A DNA stretch of 64,000 bases from an uncultured virus (IMG/VR IMGVR_UViG_3300034378_000060) (IMGVR_UViG_3300034378_000060); one strand, 5' to 3'. Shown: positions 39,785 through 49,986, numbered from the stretch's first letter. The notes: generated by a model from the letters alone, not told the origin. Program-made: numbers and translations.

Positions 39785-40600
39785 ATGAGTGAAGAACCAC
39801 AAGAATTAAATGCTGAGTTTCTGAAGAAACTCGATGAGATAATAGCGATGACTCTCGATGTAGGTCAGTTGATAGTCGTTGCATGCAAAGGTCACGGTAA
39901 GACAGTAGCAACCATGTGGCTTACCCGTAGAATGCTAGAGAACAAAGGCAACAGCAAGACAATAATCTTTGATACTTGTCTCAATTGGAGATACACCTTT
40001 GACAAAGTTCCTTACGTGGAACACGGTAGCATGCCTTATCTCCCAACTGTTCCAGAGATAATCTGTGACTTGAAATACGTTGACTCTGCTTTGACTCGAA
40101 TGGCTATCTCCGAGATTGTGATGAACGACTTTGTAAAAATGCAAAGTCTGAAGGAACAGTTCGAAGGTAAACTTCCATTCTTGAATATCTACGTGATAGA
40201 AGAGATGCAGAACGTTCTAGGAAGTTACTCTATGAATGGACAGCAAGGAAGATTCTGGCTGAAGGAAATCAGCGAAGGAAGAAACTTCGGACAAGTCTTT
40301 ATCGGTATCGGTCAACGTCTTGCAGACATTTCAACCAAAGTCGTAGAGAGAACCAGATACTACTTGTTTGGGGCAATGACGGGAGACAACGATATTCGCA
40401 AAGTCAGACGCATTGCTGGCAAAGAAGTGGCTGAGAAGTTGAAGACTCTGAACAAAGGTGAATTCCTTCTCTACGATAAGAAGAAGAGAAACATAGTCAC
40501 CATAATCGGATTCCCGATGTTCAAACAGAAGGACAAGCCTTACCCGTATCAGAATGAAGAAGCCAAAGGATTCGTGAAACAAGTCTTCGTGAGCGATTAG
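39785..40600 (+). CDS. P-loop ATPase (HerA/FtsK-like clade)
   Basis: ACKGHGKT, YVIEE and GRNFG...IGQR. Confidence 0.7.
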   Translation: MSEEPQELNAEFLKKLDEIIAMTLDVGQLIVVACKGHGKTVATMWLTRRMLENKGNSKTIIFDTCLNWRYTFDKVPYVEHGSMPYLPTVPEIICDLKYVDSALTRMAISEIVMNDFVKMQSLKEQFEGKLPFLNIYVIEEMQNVLGSYSMNGQQGRFWLKEISEGRNFGQVFIGIGQRLADISTKVVERTRYYLFGAMTGDNDIRKVRRIAGKEVAEKLKTLNKGEFLLYDKKKRNIVTIIGFPMFKQKDKPYPYQNEEAKGFVKQVFVSD

Positions 40601-40602
40601 AC

Positions 40603-40873
40603 TTGGCGAAAAAACCTTTCCCCTTAATTCCAGAGAAGATATTCGAAGCAGTATTCGAAGGGGCAAAAGGCTGGACTTCACCAATATCAACGTGAGTATC
40701 TTGCTGAGTTTGTCAAACCATCTGACTTAGAGAAGAAACCGAAGAAGAAACCATTTAAAGGGGCAATCATTTACGGGGGAAGGGGAGTAGGCAAAACCTT
40801 TCTTGCCAATGCTCTACGTCAAGCACTTGAGAATTATGGTAAAGAAGAGGATAAATGCTTTGTATTCCGATAG
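40603..40873 (+). pseudogene. Frameshifted ORF with an isolated Walker A, FxFR-tailed
   Basis: TTG start MAKKPFPLIPEKIFEAVFEGAK, then the +1 frame reads AGLHQYQREYLAEF...IYGGRGVGKTFL...DKCFVFR-stop. Confidence 0.5.
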
Positions 40874-41281
40874 TTGCGATGCTTGTGGCGAAAAAGTTAC
40901 GGTGTTCCGAATATAACTTTGTCAACAAATTGAGTTTGTTGCCAAAAGTATATTTAATCAATTGATTAATTAAATGTGCAACTTGGGCATGGTGATTCAA
41001 CAGGATGGGTGAACAGACACCCACTTTTCTGTGATGCCCTACATAGAAGCCTTCTCTCAGATGCGTTAATCTGTTAACACTTCTAACTGTTAACGGTGTT
41101 AACGAGTTAACAGTATAATGCAGTTGAGTGCGTGAAACTATTCACTAAGTCTGCATGGGAATCTTCACCCATTGATGAAACTCATCCGATACAAAAATAT
41201 ATCGGATTGCTGTGAAAAGTGGTCTATCCGATACAAAATAGTATCGGTTTCAAAAAACGAAGTTTTAAAAGAGGGGGGGGG

Positions 41282-41548
41282 CTATTTGCCACTACCGAAG
41301 TAGCGAGCAATAGTTACGATGTCAAAGATGTTTATGCGTTTGTCATGATTGAAGTCGAGCCGTGGATGGTATCTTGGATGTCCTTTGTAAGAGCCGTAAG
41401 CCCTTGCAACGATAATAATGTCTCTAATGTCAACCTTACCATCGTGGTTCAAGTCATACCTTCGCCATCTTGAACAGGCAAAGGCTGGGAAGACTACCAT
41501 CGCTATTGCAATGATAGCCATCAATGCAATAAGAACTATTCTCTTCAT
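41282..41548 (-). CDS. Secreted stand-alone dockerin-like protein
   Basis: Signal peptide, then DLNHDGKVDIRD...DFNHDKRINIFD duplicated Ca-loop. Confidence 0.8.
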   Translation of the reverse strand: MKRIVLIALMAIIAIAMVVFPAFACSRWRRYDLNHDGKVDIRDIIIVARAYGSYKGHPRYHPRLDFNHDKRINIFDIVTIARYFGSGK

Positions 41549-41708
41549 TAACCCACTCTCACGACTTCATGACTATGACCGAAGAACAACGAGTCAACGG
41601 CTGAAACTGCAAGACCGCCGAGTGCCGACAACCAGAAATCACTTGTAAGTATGTAGAGCAATGTTGAAGAGGCGAACCATTTGAATAGGAAACCCATCGA
41701 ATCACCAC

Positions 41709-41915
41709 CTATGCTTTCTCTAAGTGAGACGCATTGAATAGCATTGGAGACCAGTAATCATCAAACGTTACGGTGTACGGGAAGCAATACGTTGGGTCAA
41801 TCTCGGTGATAGTTCCAACCTTGCCTCTGCATTCGTTGGCTTCTTTAGCGTCTTCGCCAGTAAACTCAACGTCCTTGACTTTAACCCTATCTCCGACTTT
41901 GAACTTATTTGGCAT
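41709..41915 (-). CDS. KOW/SH3-like small protein
   Basis: FKVGDRVKV...GKVGTI. Confidence 0.6.
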   Translation of the reverse strand: MPNKFKVGDRVKVKDVEFTGEDAKEANECRGKVGTITEIDPTYCFPYTVTFDDYWSPMLFNASHLEKA

Positions 41916-42280
41916 CTTTCTTCACTATCTTGATAGGCGGTCTCCTATTTAAGCCTTGCTTCTTTTTCTTCGTGACTTTGGTTTCTTTCTCCACTTGTTT
42001 ACGTTGAAACTCTGCTATGCTTCTGTCTTTGTTTTCACAGTTCTTCGTACACTTGCGACATTTCTCTTCGTCTTTGCCGAAGCAACTTAGTTCTCGTTGT
42101 GGTTTCATTCGGATGATTTCACTACCGTCTCTATATCTCCTACCGCACTTAGGACATTCCCAGACTCTTTGCATGCCGTAAACGGGTTTGCCAGCCTTAT
42201 TTGTTTTTCCAGTTGCTACTTGTCGCATCTTCTTATACATTAGACAGTTGCACTTAGGACAGAATGGGTTCATTCTCTCA

Positions 42281-42808
42281 TCAACTCCTTTTCTGTTTCT
42301 CCTTATTTCTACGATGTTGAATCCAGCGAACAAAACTACTTCCATGAGATTTTTCTTGCTCGCTGTGTAACAGGAATCCATCAATAATATCCCGACTCAT
42401 AACGGGTAATCGTTGCTCTTTCATAGTGACAAGCATGCCAATCTGAAAGTTGGCTTCGCTATAAATATTCTCTCTTATTTTCCGTGGGAGAATATCGAAA
42501 CTGTGTTGGCAAACGTAGTGTAATCTGCATTCGACAACTGCAACCACGTTCTGCTTCGGGTAGATATAGATGGTCTTACCATTGAATGAATGGTCAAACT
42601 TAGGCGTTGGACGTTTCCAAGTCTTCATCTTTGCTATCTGTTTGGCTATCCAATCCCAAGACCAGTCTTGAACTTTATTCTCATCGTCACACCACTTCAG
42701 AAATTCCATTATACCATCAGCGTAAAATCGTGTCTCGATATAGGGCTGAGTGAGATTCTTGCTTTTCTTCTCGTGAAATTCGACCTTCATTATCGGAGTC
42801 TTGGTCAT
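42281..42808 (-). CDS. Hypothetical protein
   Basis: Co-oriented operon. Confidence 0.55.
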   Translation of the reverse strand: MTKTPIMKVEFHEKKSKNLTQPYIETRFYADGIMEFLKWCDDENKVQDWSWDWIAKQIAKMKTWKRPTPKFDHSFNGKTIYIYPKQNVVAVVECRLHYVCQHSFDILPRKIRENIYSEANFQIGMLVTMKEQRLPVMSRDIIDGFLLHSEQEKSHGSSFVRWIQHRRNKEKQKRS

Positions 42809-43162
42809 TTCACTTCGCCCTCAAAGCCACACTTCGAACACTTTGCTTTGAAGTTTGTACGTGGTGTCGTGCTTCCTTTTGCGGTCTTCGTTTTCTTCCA
42901 ATATTTCTTTCTGCTTTCCACGTAACGACATCGTGGACTTCCACATTTCGGACAGTTCATTCTAATGACACCTTTTGATAAACACGGATGATTCTATCTT
43001 CCGCAAACTCCTTAATAACCTTTTCTACTTTTTCTCCAATAATTTTCTTGAGGCTATTGTGTTGCGGAATAAGACCGCTTTTGAAGAGTGATTCGGCTAT
43101 CTGTTCAGCCAATGCTTTCCAAAGGTCAACGTCTTCGGATTTAATCGGTTGATTAATTTCAC

Positions 43163-43591
43163 TCATTTCGAGACCAACTTCGTAACTCGGATTTCGTGTC
43201 TGATATGGTTTCTACACGAAGGACACATGTTGCGAAGTCCTTTTCCCTCTTCATCTTTCCACTTGAGAACTTGAACAATCTTGCATCCTTTCTCCATACC
43301 GAGACACCATTCACATCTTGTCGGAAAACGTCTCTTCTGGATTCTCGCCCATTGATTCTCAACTGCTTTGGTAACGTTAGTTACCAGAAAGGTTTTGCCT
43401 TTACGGTCTTTCCAAACGAGAAGCCATGGCACACCAAGACGAATCGAAGCCCATTGAGCCAGTCTTGGAAGCAATTGGTCTAACGCTTGCTCATACGTTC
43501 TGGCATGAGTGTAGTGCATACGATACCATTGAATTTCGCCTTCGTCATTTGTATCTTCGTAGAATAGACCGACATAATTCTGTGTTCCCAT
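43163..43591 (-). CDS. Hypothetical protein with C-terminal Zn finger
   Basis: CEWC...CPSC. Confidence 0.55.
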   Translation of the reverse strand: MGTQNYVGLFYEDTNDEGEIQWYRMHYTHARTYEQALDQLLPRLAQWASIRLGVPWLLVWKDRKGKTFLVTNVTKAVENQWARIQKRRFPTRCEWCLGMEKGCKIVQVLKWKDEEGKGLRNMCPSCRNHIRHEIRVTKLVSK

Positions 43592-43592
43592 T

Positions 43593-43958
43593 TTACTCCA
43601 CTACCTTCATCACTTTGGCTATGAATTCATCCTTTGTTAGTTTTCCTTTTTGCATCTCTTCATGGAATATCTTTATCATGACCAACTTGGTTAACCAGAC
43701 TTTATGTGTCTCATTAGCCTTGTTTGAAATGATGTGGAAGTTAAGTTTGTTCGCTATTCGATTCAGAACCACGAACTTACAAAAACTAAAGTGATGCCAT
43801 TCCTTTGCTTTCTTTTCCAGATATTCTTCGTAACTCTGACAGTTCGATGCATAAGCACAACGCTTGCAAATCTTCTTAGGTTTTACCGTGCCACCAATCG
43901 GACATTCTATCTGTCCTTTCGGAGTCTCACGGGCTGTGATTCTAATATGAGCCGTCAT
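43593..43958 (-). CDS. Hypothetical Cys-rich protein
   Basis: CP...CKRC...C. Confidence 0.5.
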   Translation of the reverse strand: MTAHIRITARETPKGQIECPIGGTVKPKKICKRCAYASNCQSYEEYLEKKAKEWHHFSFCKFVVLNRIANKLNFHIISNKANETHKVWLTKLVMIKIFHEEMQKGKLTKDEFIAKVMKVVE

Positions 43959-44941
43959 TGTTTAGGTCTCACAAATCCTTGTTTGGTAATTTCGATTTCG
44001 AAGTGGAGACGCTGGAAGTTACACAACCGACAGCCCATGACACGGATGAAGTTCACCCATGCCCCTTGCTTCAGTTGATGGTCTTTGTCTCTATGTAAGT
44101 TCAAATCCAGTTTCATCTGGCTTCCCCAGACTTTGCCGTGGTCTAAACAGATTGTAATGTCGAGATTGTGAGCCAATCCGATACCGCCAGCCATTGCATA
44201 CTTGTTCACATCTTCGATGGCTCGCTGGCACACGTAGAAAGCAGTTATACCGTGAAGTTGGTTGTATCGAGCAAGTTCCATAAGCCTAAACTTCAAAGCC
44301 CCACGGTAACTTTCCATGAGTGTAATCGAGTCAACTATGAGAAGGTCTATTCCTTTCTCAGCCTCTACCAGATAGCGGTAAGCATCAACAAACGTGTTCC
44401 AATCTCTGAATTCTGCATGTGTGATTGTGTCGAACACGAAAAGGTTTTGCTTGATTGTCTCCCAATTCAAACCCATAATGTCAGCCTTTTCCTTCATTCT
44501 TGATTGAAGGTCAAAACGTGGAGTTGGAGACTCCCAGATGTCTTCGCTTGTGACGAATAGAACTTTCTGTCCACCAGATGCCACACGCAAAGCAATTTCT
44601 TGCACGAGAACGCTTTTACCAGAGTCGGGCAATCCTACGATACCGATTTGACCGACCATTGGAACGCCATTAAGCACTTCATCGTCTTGCTTCAAGAATA
44701 ACCTGTCCAGAAGTGTGCCAGTAACAAAGACTTCGGTTTCCAGTTTCTTCACCGAGTCTGATGGTTTGCTGACTAATTCGCTAAGTCGTTCATCGTCTTT
44801 CTGCTTCTCAGTTTTGAATGGTTTGTTAGCAAGTTGCCAAGCGTCTGTGTTTTGAGCATCATTGAGAATCGAGTTAAGCGATTGCTTAAGTATTTTTGCA
44901 ACGGCTTGAATGTTAACGTCCTTCTCTTCCTTTTCGTCCAT
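43955..44941 (-). CDS. KaiC-like RecA-superfamily ATPase (single domain)
   Basis: TG..LD...GVP, GLPDSGKS, FVTSE, IVDSIT and AGG...H..D. Confidence 0.8.
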   Translation of the reverse strand: MDEKEEKDVNIQAVAKILKQSLNSILNDAQNTDAWQLANKPFKTEKQKDDERLSELVSKPSDSVKKLETEVFVTGTLLDRLFLKQDDEVLNGVPMVGQIGIVGLPDSGKSVLVQEIALRVASGGQKVLFVTSEDIWESPTPRFDLQSRMKEKADIMGLNWETIKQNLFVFDTITHAEFRDWNTFVDAYRYLVEAEKGIDLLIVDSITLMESYRGALKFRLMELARYNQLHGITAFYVCQRAIEDVNKYAMAGGIGLAHNLDITICLDHGKVWGSQMKLDLNLHRDKDHQLKQGAWVNFIRVMGCRLCNFQRLHFEIEITKQGFVRPKQ

Positions 44942-45385
44942 TAATAACCCTCATCAACAACAGTTTCTTGAACGTAGAGAGAGCCATCTTTCTTTCGAGC
45001 AATCGGACGAACCTTGCCGTCACGACCAATCTGATAAGTGACAATCTCATCCTGTTCTTCGGACATTTCAATCACAAGAAAGATTAGTGTGGAGACTTAT
45101 AAAGGTTGCGTAAAAAAAGATGGAAAGATTTAGTCGGTGTCAAACACCCAAGTCTTACCAAGTTCACGAATATCACGTTGTTGCCAGTGCGATGTAATCA
45201 GTTATCCACGTTATCATTTCTCAATCAGTCCTAGTGCTGGTGGGGCTTCCAGTTTACCCAATACGTAATCTATGGTGTTCAATGTATAAGCTAATGCTAT
45301 CCATCGAGATGTAGTTGTTCGATGTTCCTTTATCGCTTTCTCCCAACTCTTATGTAGTCGGGTTTGCATCTCGACAAGTTCTTTT

Positions 45386-45943
45386 TTAGTTCTCAGTTTT
45401 GGTTTCGGCATTTTTGTTTTCCTTCTTTTCGAATGGATTTACCCATGGTTTGAATTCACCGAGCCACTTCGCTGTTGGCTTGTCAATATAGTCAGGCTGT
45501 GGTATCCTTCCAGATTTAAGCAGTTGCTTAATTTCTTCCAGAATGTCAGGGTAGGCTTTGCGTAATGTCCAATGAAAGTCTCTGATGCTGAAGTCGCATG
45601 ACTTCCTATCCTTGGCAAGAATCAGCCTTTTCACTTTATAGATAAGACCTTCAAAGTTGCCCTTGAAGATTCTATTGTGGAACTTTTCGGTGTGGTCAAT
45701 TGAAAGATGAACATTTTCGATGAATCCAGTCTTCAACTTGAGCTTGCCGTTAAACTCTCCGTAGAGCTTGTAATACATTGGCTTGGCTTTGGTCTCGTAT
45801 CTCTCTAAGTTGAGAATGTCTTGGTCTAATGCTAGGATTTGCTTGATAGCTTCGTCAAACATGGCATGAGCTAGAGGATGAAGAGTCATTTGGTGTTCGG
45901 CTCTCAAGCCTATGACGGCTAACGCATCGAAGATGCTGGTCAT
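45386..45943 (-). CDS. Hypothetical protein
   Basis: Co-oriented operon. Confidence 0.55.
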   Translation of the reverse strand: MTSIFDALAVIGLRAEHQMTLHPLAHAMFDEAIKQILALDQDILNLERYETKAKPMYYKLYGEFNGKLKLKTGFIENVHLSIDHTEKFHNRIFKGNFEGLIYKVKRLILAKDRKSCDFSIRDFHWTLRKAYPDILEEIKQLLKSGRIPQPDYIDKPTAKWLGEFKPWVNPFEKKENKNAETKTEN

Positions 45944-46213
45944 TGCTTTCTTGCCTTCACGTATTGATAGATTTGAGCTTTAACGTTGTTCTCGATAATC
46001 ATGACTTTCTTCTTTATCCGCACGGCTTGTAGAATTGTCACAAGAACCATGACGGGAAGAAACACAAAACCAACTACACCAGCGAGTGCTTTCGGTGGCT
46101 GTTTTGGTTGAGGTTTTTGGCATCTTCGTTGACGTTGTTCACAGTCTTTACATGACATTATATTCACGACAGTAAAACTCTCTACGTCACTTATAAAGGT
46201 TACGGCGAAAACA

Positions 46214-46438
46214 TCATCGAAATACGAACCTTTCTTGGTAAATAAGCCAGCCTCTTGTTATATCCCACATAAAAATCACCTCATCTAAGAACATGAAGAA
46301 CTTCTGACAAACGTCACACTTGAAATATATCTTGTTGGCAAACTTTTCGTCTCCCCTCTTCTTAGGCTTAAAGTTAGTCTCATAAGGCATCATTTCTTTG
46401 TCACATATCGGACACTTTTCCTTCCTATACCAAGTCAT
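46214..46438 (-). CDS. Zn-ribbon micro-protein, FxFR-tailed
   Basis: CPIC...CDVC. Ends ERFVFR. Confidence 0.75.
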   Translation of the reverse strand: MTWYRKEKCPICDKEMMPYETNFKPKKRGDEKFANKIYFKCDVCQKFFMFLDEVIFMWDITRGWLIYQERFVFR

Positions 46439-46442
46439 TCAA

Positions 46443-46595
46443 TCACCTGAATACGAATTGTTTTTGTTCTGCTTCCGCTTGTTCATGAATTCGTTTCCAG
46501 CCAAAGTATATATGACAACTTGGGCATAGATAGGTTGCACTTTTTGGTTCTGGCGTTAACGGTTTTCCACAATCTGGACAGATATAACCACTCAT
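46443..46595 (-). CDS. Zn-ribbon micro-protein, FxFR-tailed (50 aa)
   Basis: MSGYICPDCGKPLTPEPKSATYLCPSCHIYFGWKRIHEQAEAEQKQFVFR-stop. Confidence 0.75.
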   Translation of the reverse strand: MSGYICPDCGKPLTPEPKSATYLCPSCHIYFGWKRIHEQAEAEQKQFVFR

Positions 46596-46599
46596 GGAA

Positions 46600-46860
46600 T
46601 CACCTGAAAATAAAGGTCATTTCGCATCGGTAAGCATCCCACCGTTCGCCAGAGTTTCTATACCAGAGTCGTTCTTTGTGATAGAAATATCGTTTTCCAC
46701 ACGCTTCACATTTATGGAAGGTCGTATCAACAACATCATTGATTTGAGGAAGGTCTTCCAGTTTGATTTTAATATTGCCTAAGATTACCCGTTGTTTTCC
46801 ACAGAATGCACAGACATGAAACAGAGAATACGGGTCAGGCGAAGGATATATTTGTTTCAT
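46600..46860 (-). CDS. Zn-ribbon micro-protein, FxFR-tailed
   Basis: CAFC...CEAC. Ends MTFIFR. Confidence 0.75.
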   Translation of the reverse strand: MKQIYPSPDPYSLFHVCAFCGKQRVILGNIKIKLEDLPQINDVVDTTFHKCEACGKRYFYHKERLWYRNSGERWDAYRCEMTFIFR

Positions 46861-47060
46861 CTAAACACAAACTTCTTGTCTTTGAGTAGGTCGGTTATGG
46901 GATATTCGTCTTTGTGATGGCATTGTGGACAGCGAGTTAATACCTTCGCTTGATTAACCCATGCTGGCAAATTTAGCTCATGCAGTCGTGGCTTTATGAC
47001 AACGATGAATTTCGTTCCGCACTTCTTACAGGTCACTTCACAGTCAGTCAATACTATCAC
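46857..47060 (-). CDS. Zn-ribbon micro-protein, FxFR-tailed
   Basis: CKKC...CPQC. Ends KKFVFR. Confidence 0.75.
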   Translation of the reverse strand: MIVLTDCEVTCKKCGTKFIVVIKPRLHELNLPAWVNQAKVLTRCPQCHHKDEYPITDLLKDKKFVFR

Positions 47061-47272
47061 CTAAACAGAAATGTGTTATCTTTCTCTCTTCCTTCTTCGC
47101 TGGGTTGTTTTAGTGCCCCTTTAAACAGGTTTTTCCACAGTTCAGCAAGTATATCTTTGGCTTCTTCAGCAACCCTTGGGTCTTCAGACTTTGTTCTTTC
47201 TCTCAAGTCTCTTATCATGTCACTATAACTATTATATTCCTTCTCTTCTGCTTTGGTTGCCATCATTATCAC
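47057..47272 (-). CDS. Helical micro-protein, FxFR-tailed
   Basis: Ends NTFLFR. Confidence 0.7.
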   Translation of the reverse strand: MIMMATKAEEKEYNSYSDMIRDLRERTKSEDPRVAEEAKDILAELWKNLFKGALKQPSEEGREKDNTFLFR

Positions 47273-47682
47273 CTAAAAACGAACGTCTCCTTTGCTGGTG
47301 GTTCTACGGCTTTGTCACCTATAATGAAGTCTGTTGCCTTCAGGATTATCTCTTCAAGTTTTCCATCGTTAACTACATCTACGACTTGGGCGTTTTTTAC
47401 AGCCATTGGCACTATCGGTGGGGCGTTGTTGAGTTTCACTTGGAAATACAGGTTAACGAAGACTCCTTGAGGAATTGGAGATTGAGCCACCTTTAGGTCT
47501 CGATACAACGTTGCCGTTACTGCTATTATTGGTTTGCCTTGATGTCCTCTCATTATTGAATGTCCTTGAGTTTCTACATTTACTTCATAAAGTCCTATCC
47601 CATGTCTCAACCCTTTGATAACCTTGCCAGTAGGAAGAACAATCTCTAATGAATCATTATCGAACGTGTAGCGTTGAGACAT
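47269..47682 (-). CDS. Hypothetical protein, FxFR-tailed
   Basis: Ends ETFVFR. Promoter and palindrome (47730) lie upstream. Confidence 0.7.
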   Translation of the reverse strand: MSQRYTFDNDSLEIVLPTGKVIKGLRHGIGLYEVNVETQGHSIMRGHQGKPIIAVTATLYRDLKVAQSPIPQGVFVNLYFQVKLNNAPPIVPMAVKNAQVVDVVNDGKLEEIILKATDFIIGDKAVEPPAKETFVFR

Positions 47683-48011
47683 AGGTTATCTGTCTATACT
47701 TAGCACACCACGCCATATAAGGATTTCGTTTAATCAATTGATTAAGAAAACAGCTATTTTTGCACCGCACCATTGGGAGATAGCTTACACGTAAGGACAT
47801 AGGTAAAAAATTTACATTTCTGGGAGACGACTTTTTCCGCTATTTCATATTTGGAAACTACTTATATACTATTTCACTTTTGTGAAACAACGTTTGCCTC
47901 TGGTTGTTATCTTGAAGAGTCTAGTGTTGTCAGAGAAGTTCTCAAAAACACGTTTGAAATTGCGGGCTTCATCTACGGTTCGAAAGTGCAAAATGATGGG
48001 TTTCATTCCCA

Positions 48012-48278
48012 TCAGAACGTGATAGTGATTACAATAGTGCTTACTACAACATTGCGTCCTTTGCGGTTTACGGCTTCGAAAGAGCCAATCTCTACCTTGT
48101 ATGTCGAGTCAGGGAATTTACGCCGTAGAATCTCAGCCACATCAACGGCTTTACTTGTCAATTTTCCACGAGCATGTATCTCGACTTTATCAGACTTCCT
48201 TTGAACAGTAAGTCCAGCATACACGTAATCCATTACTCTTTTCTTGCCGACAAAAACTTTAGGTATCTTGCTGGTCAT
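48012..48278 (-). CDS. albA: DNA/RNA-binding protein Alba
   Basis: VFVGKK.VMDYV...ARGK.TSKAVDVAEILRRKF. Confidence 0.9.
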   Translation of the reverse strand: MTSKIPKVFVGKKRVMDYVYAGLTVQRKSDKVEIHARGKLTSKAVDVAEILRRKFPDSTYKVEIGSFEAVNRKGRNVVVSTIVITITF

Positions 48279-48316
48279 AGTTACACCTTCCGAGTGAGAG
48301 ATATAATCCAGAACGA

Positions 48317-48757
48317 CTATTTAAACTTTTCGGTTCTCTCCCATACCCAGAACATTATATAGGCAATCTCTTGGTGTGGTTTATCTACATACGCCCATAT
48401 AGTGAACATTCCATCTTGAATAGTGTCGAGAGCGGACGAAGCCTTATCGTCTATCGTGTCACCTAAAACTTGATGTAATACTTCGTGAACAATCAGGTCT
48501 ATTGTGGTCGTAGCGGGATTGGCACATACTGGAATTGGTGGTATGTAAAGCGTGATTCGTGCTTCATTCTTAAGACCGCCAGCAAGTTTGTTAAACGGAA
48601 ACAGAAATTCCTCAACGACTGTGCATGGATGAACGTAGCGTCCAACATAGTCCTTATCAAGTCGTTTCTGAACAACGCCCTCAAGAAAATAATATACGTA
48701 GATTACATTGTAAACTATGAGTTTCAGAAAAAAGATGAACCACTTACCAATCTTCAT
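48317..48757 (-). CDS. Membrane-anchored HExxH protein (paralogue family)
   Basis: N-terminal TM helix and LIVHEVLH...LDTI. Confidence 0.6.
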   Translation of the reverse strand: MKIGKWFIFFLKLIVYNVIYVYYFLEGVVQKRLDKDYVGRYVHPCTVVEEFLFPFNKLAGGLKNEARITLYIPPIPVCANPATTTIDLIVHEVLHQVLGDTIDDKASSALDTIQDGMFTIWAYVDKPHQEIAYIMFWVWERTEKFK

Positions 48758-49377
48758 CTGGCTCGCCCAATAACCCTAACTCTTCTTCCATCCTTTCATC
48801 TAAGTCATTTTCGTCTTCCCATCGGTTGTGACAATCGAGACAACGAAAATAACCATCTGGGTCTTTTGTTACTTGGTTACTTCGGCATTCTGGACAAGTT
48901 ATCATGGCGATAACAACTCAACATGTGTTACCCAATCATCTTCGGCTTGTAATCTTCGTTTTATAACTGATGATTTGGGAAGTTTCTGTATTTTTTTAAT
49001 AGCCTCATGTATAGCTTCCTCATCGTAGAGAGCGTAAACGACAAACGTAGCAAACGGAGTCTGCTTTTTGCCATTAATGACTTTGTAGTAAGTAACTTTC
49101 CATTGTGGAAGTTTGCTAGGTATATCTCCGTCAATTGGATTTGCTTCTGGTCGGCTCACTTTCCGTTCCCCACAATCTCGTTTAGAATCCATCGCCACGG
49201 GCATTCCCAACATGGGTCAGCATAACCAGCCATCATATTCTTGTCGCATTTTGCACATTTATCTCTGATAACTTTCTTGCCTCTTTGAAGGCGTTCAACG
49301 GCTGAAAGTGGAATATAGATGACAGGCTTCATTATGATACACCTGTCTAAAGTAGAACACGGCGACCTATTTAAATC

Positions 49378-49986
49378 TTATGGCTTATTTAACATAAAAA
49401 ATGCGAATGACACAGCCTCTTTCACGTTTATTGTGGCTGGTAACGAGCGATACTCGAAGCCATATGGTTTGATTTCGTATTCGCCACACACCCTTTCCGA
49501 GCCAGCAATCTCACGATTGAATCTAGCGTCCATACCCAACACGATAGTTCGAATTGGAAGTTGCACTCTTCGTCCATGTATGTCACGTTTGCTGAAGTGA
49601 ATGTGGATACCAGCAGTTCCAAACTCGGAATCTATGCCAGTTGCATGTGTCTTTGAAACCGTGCTGTAAATATTAGCCGTTAGGTCTGGTAGCGTATCCC
49701 AATGATATTTCTTGCTTAAGCAGTTGATTAAGTTTTTCCCCAAAAATCGGCGGTGTTGTAGTGTGAGTCTTAGTCCGAGAGACTTCGCTTGGGCTTTATG
49801 AGCTAACGTTAAACGGTTTAGTTCATTAAGTAAACCTTTTGCGGTTGGGTGAGCATGCGTTCGAATCTCCACGAGAAAGCCAAACTCATCAATTGGAAAG
49901 CCGTAGTCATCTGGCATAACAATCTGGTTCTTCTTATCTAATAACCAGAATTCTCTCTCCAACCCTATTCTATTCAATACTATCAC
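49378..49986 (-). CDS. COOH-NH2 ligase-like protein (glutamate-cysteine ligase fold)
   Basis: GLEREF, LVEIRT, AGIHIHFS and KPYGFEYRSLP. Confidence 0.7.
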   Translation of the reverse strand: MIVLNRIGLEREFWLLDKKNQIVMPDDYGFPIDEFGFLVEIRTHAHPTAKGLLNELNRLTLAHKAQAKSLGLRLTLQHRRFLGKNLINCLSKKYHWDTLPDLTANIYSTVSKTHATGIDSEFGTAGIHIHFSKRDIHGRRVQLPIRTIVLGMDARFNREIAGSERVCGEYEIKPYGFEYRSLPATINVKEAVSFAFFMLNKP

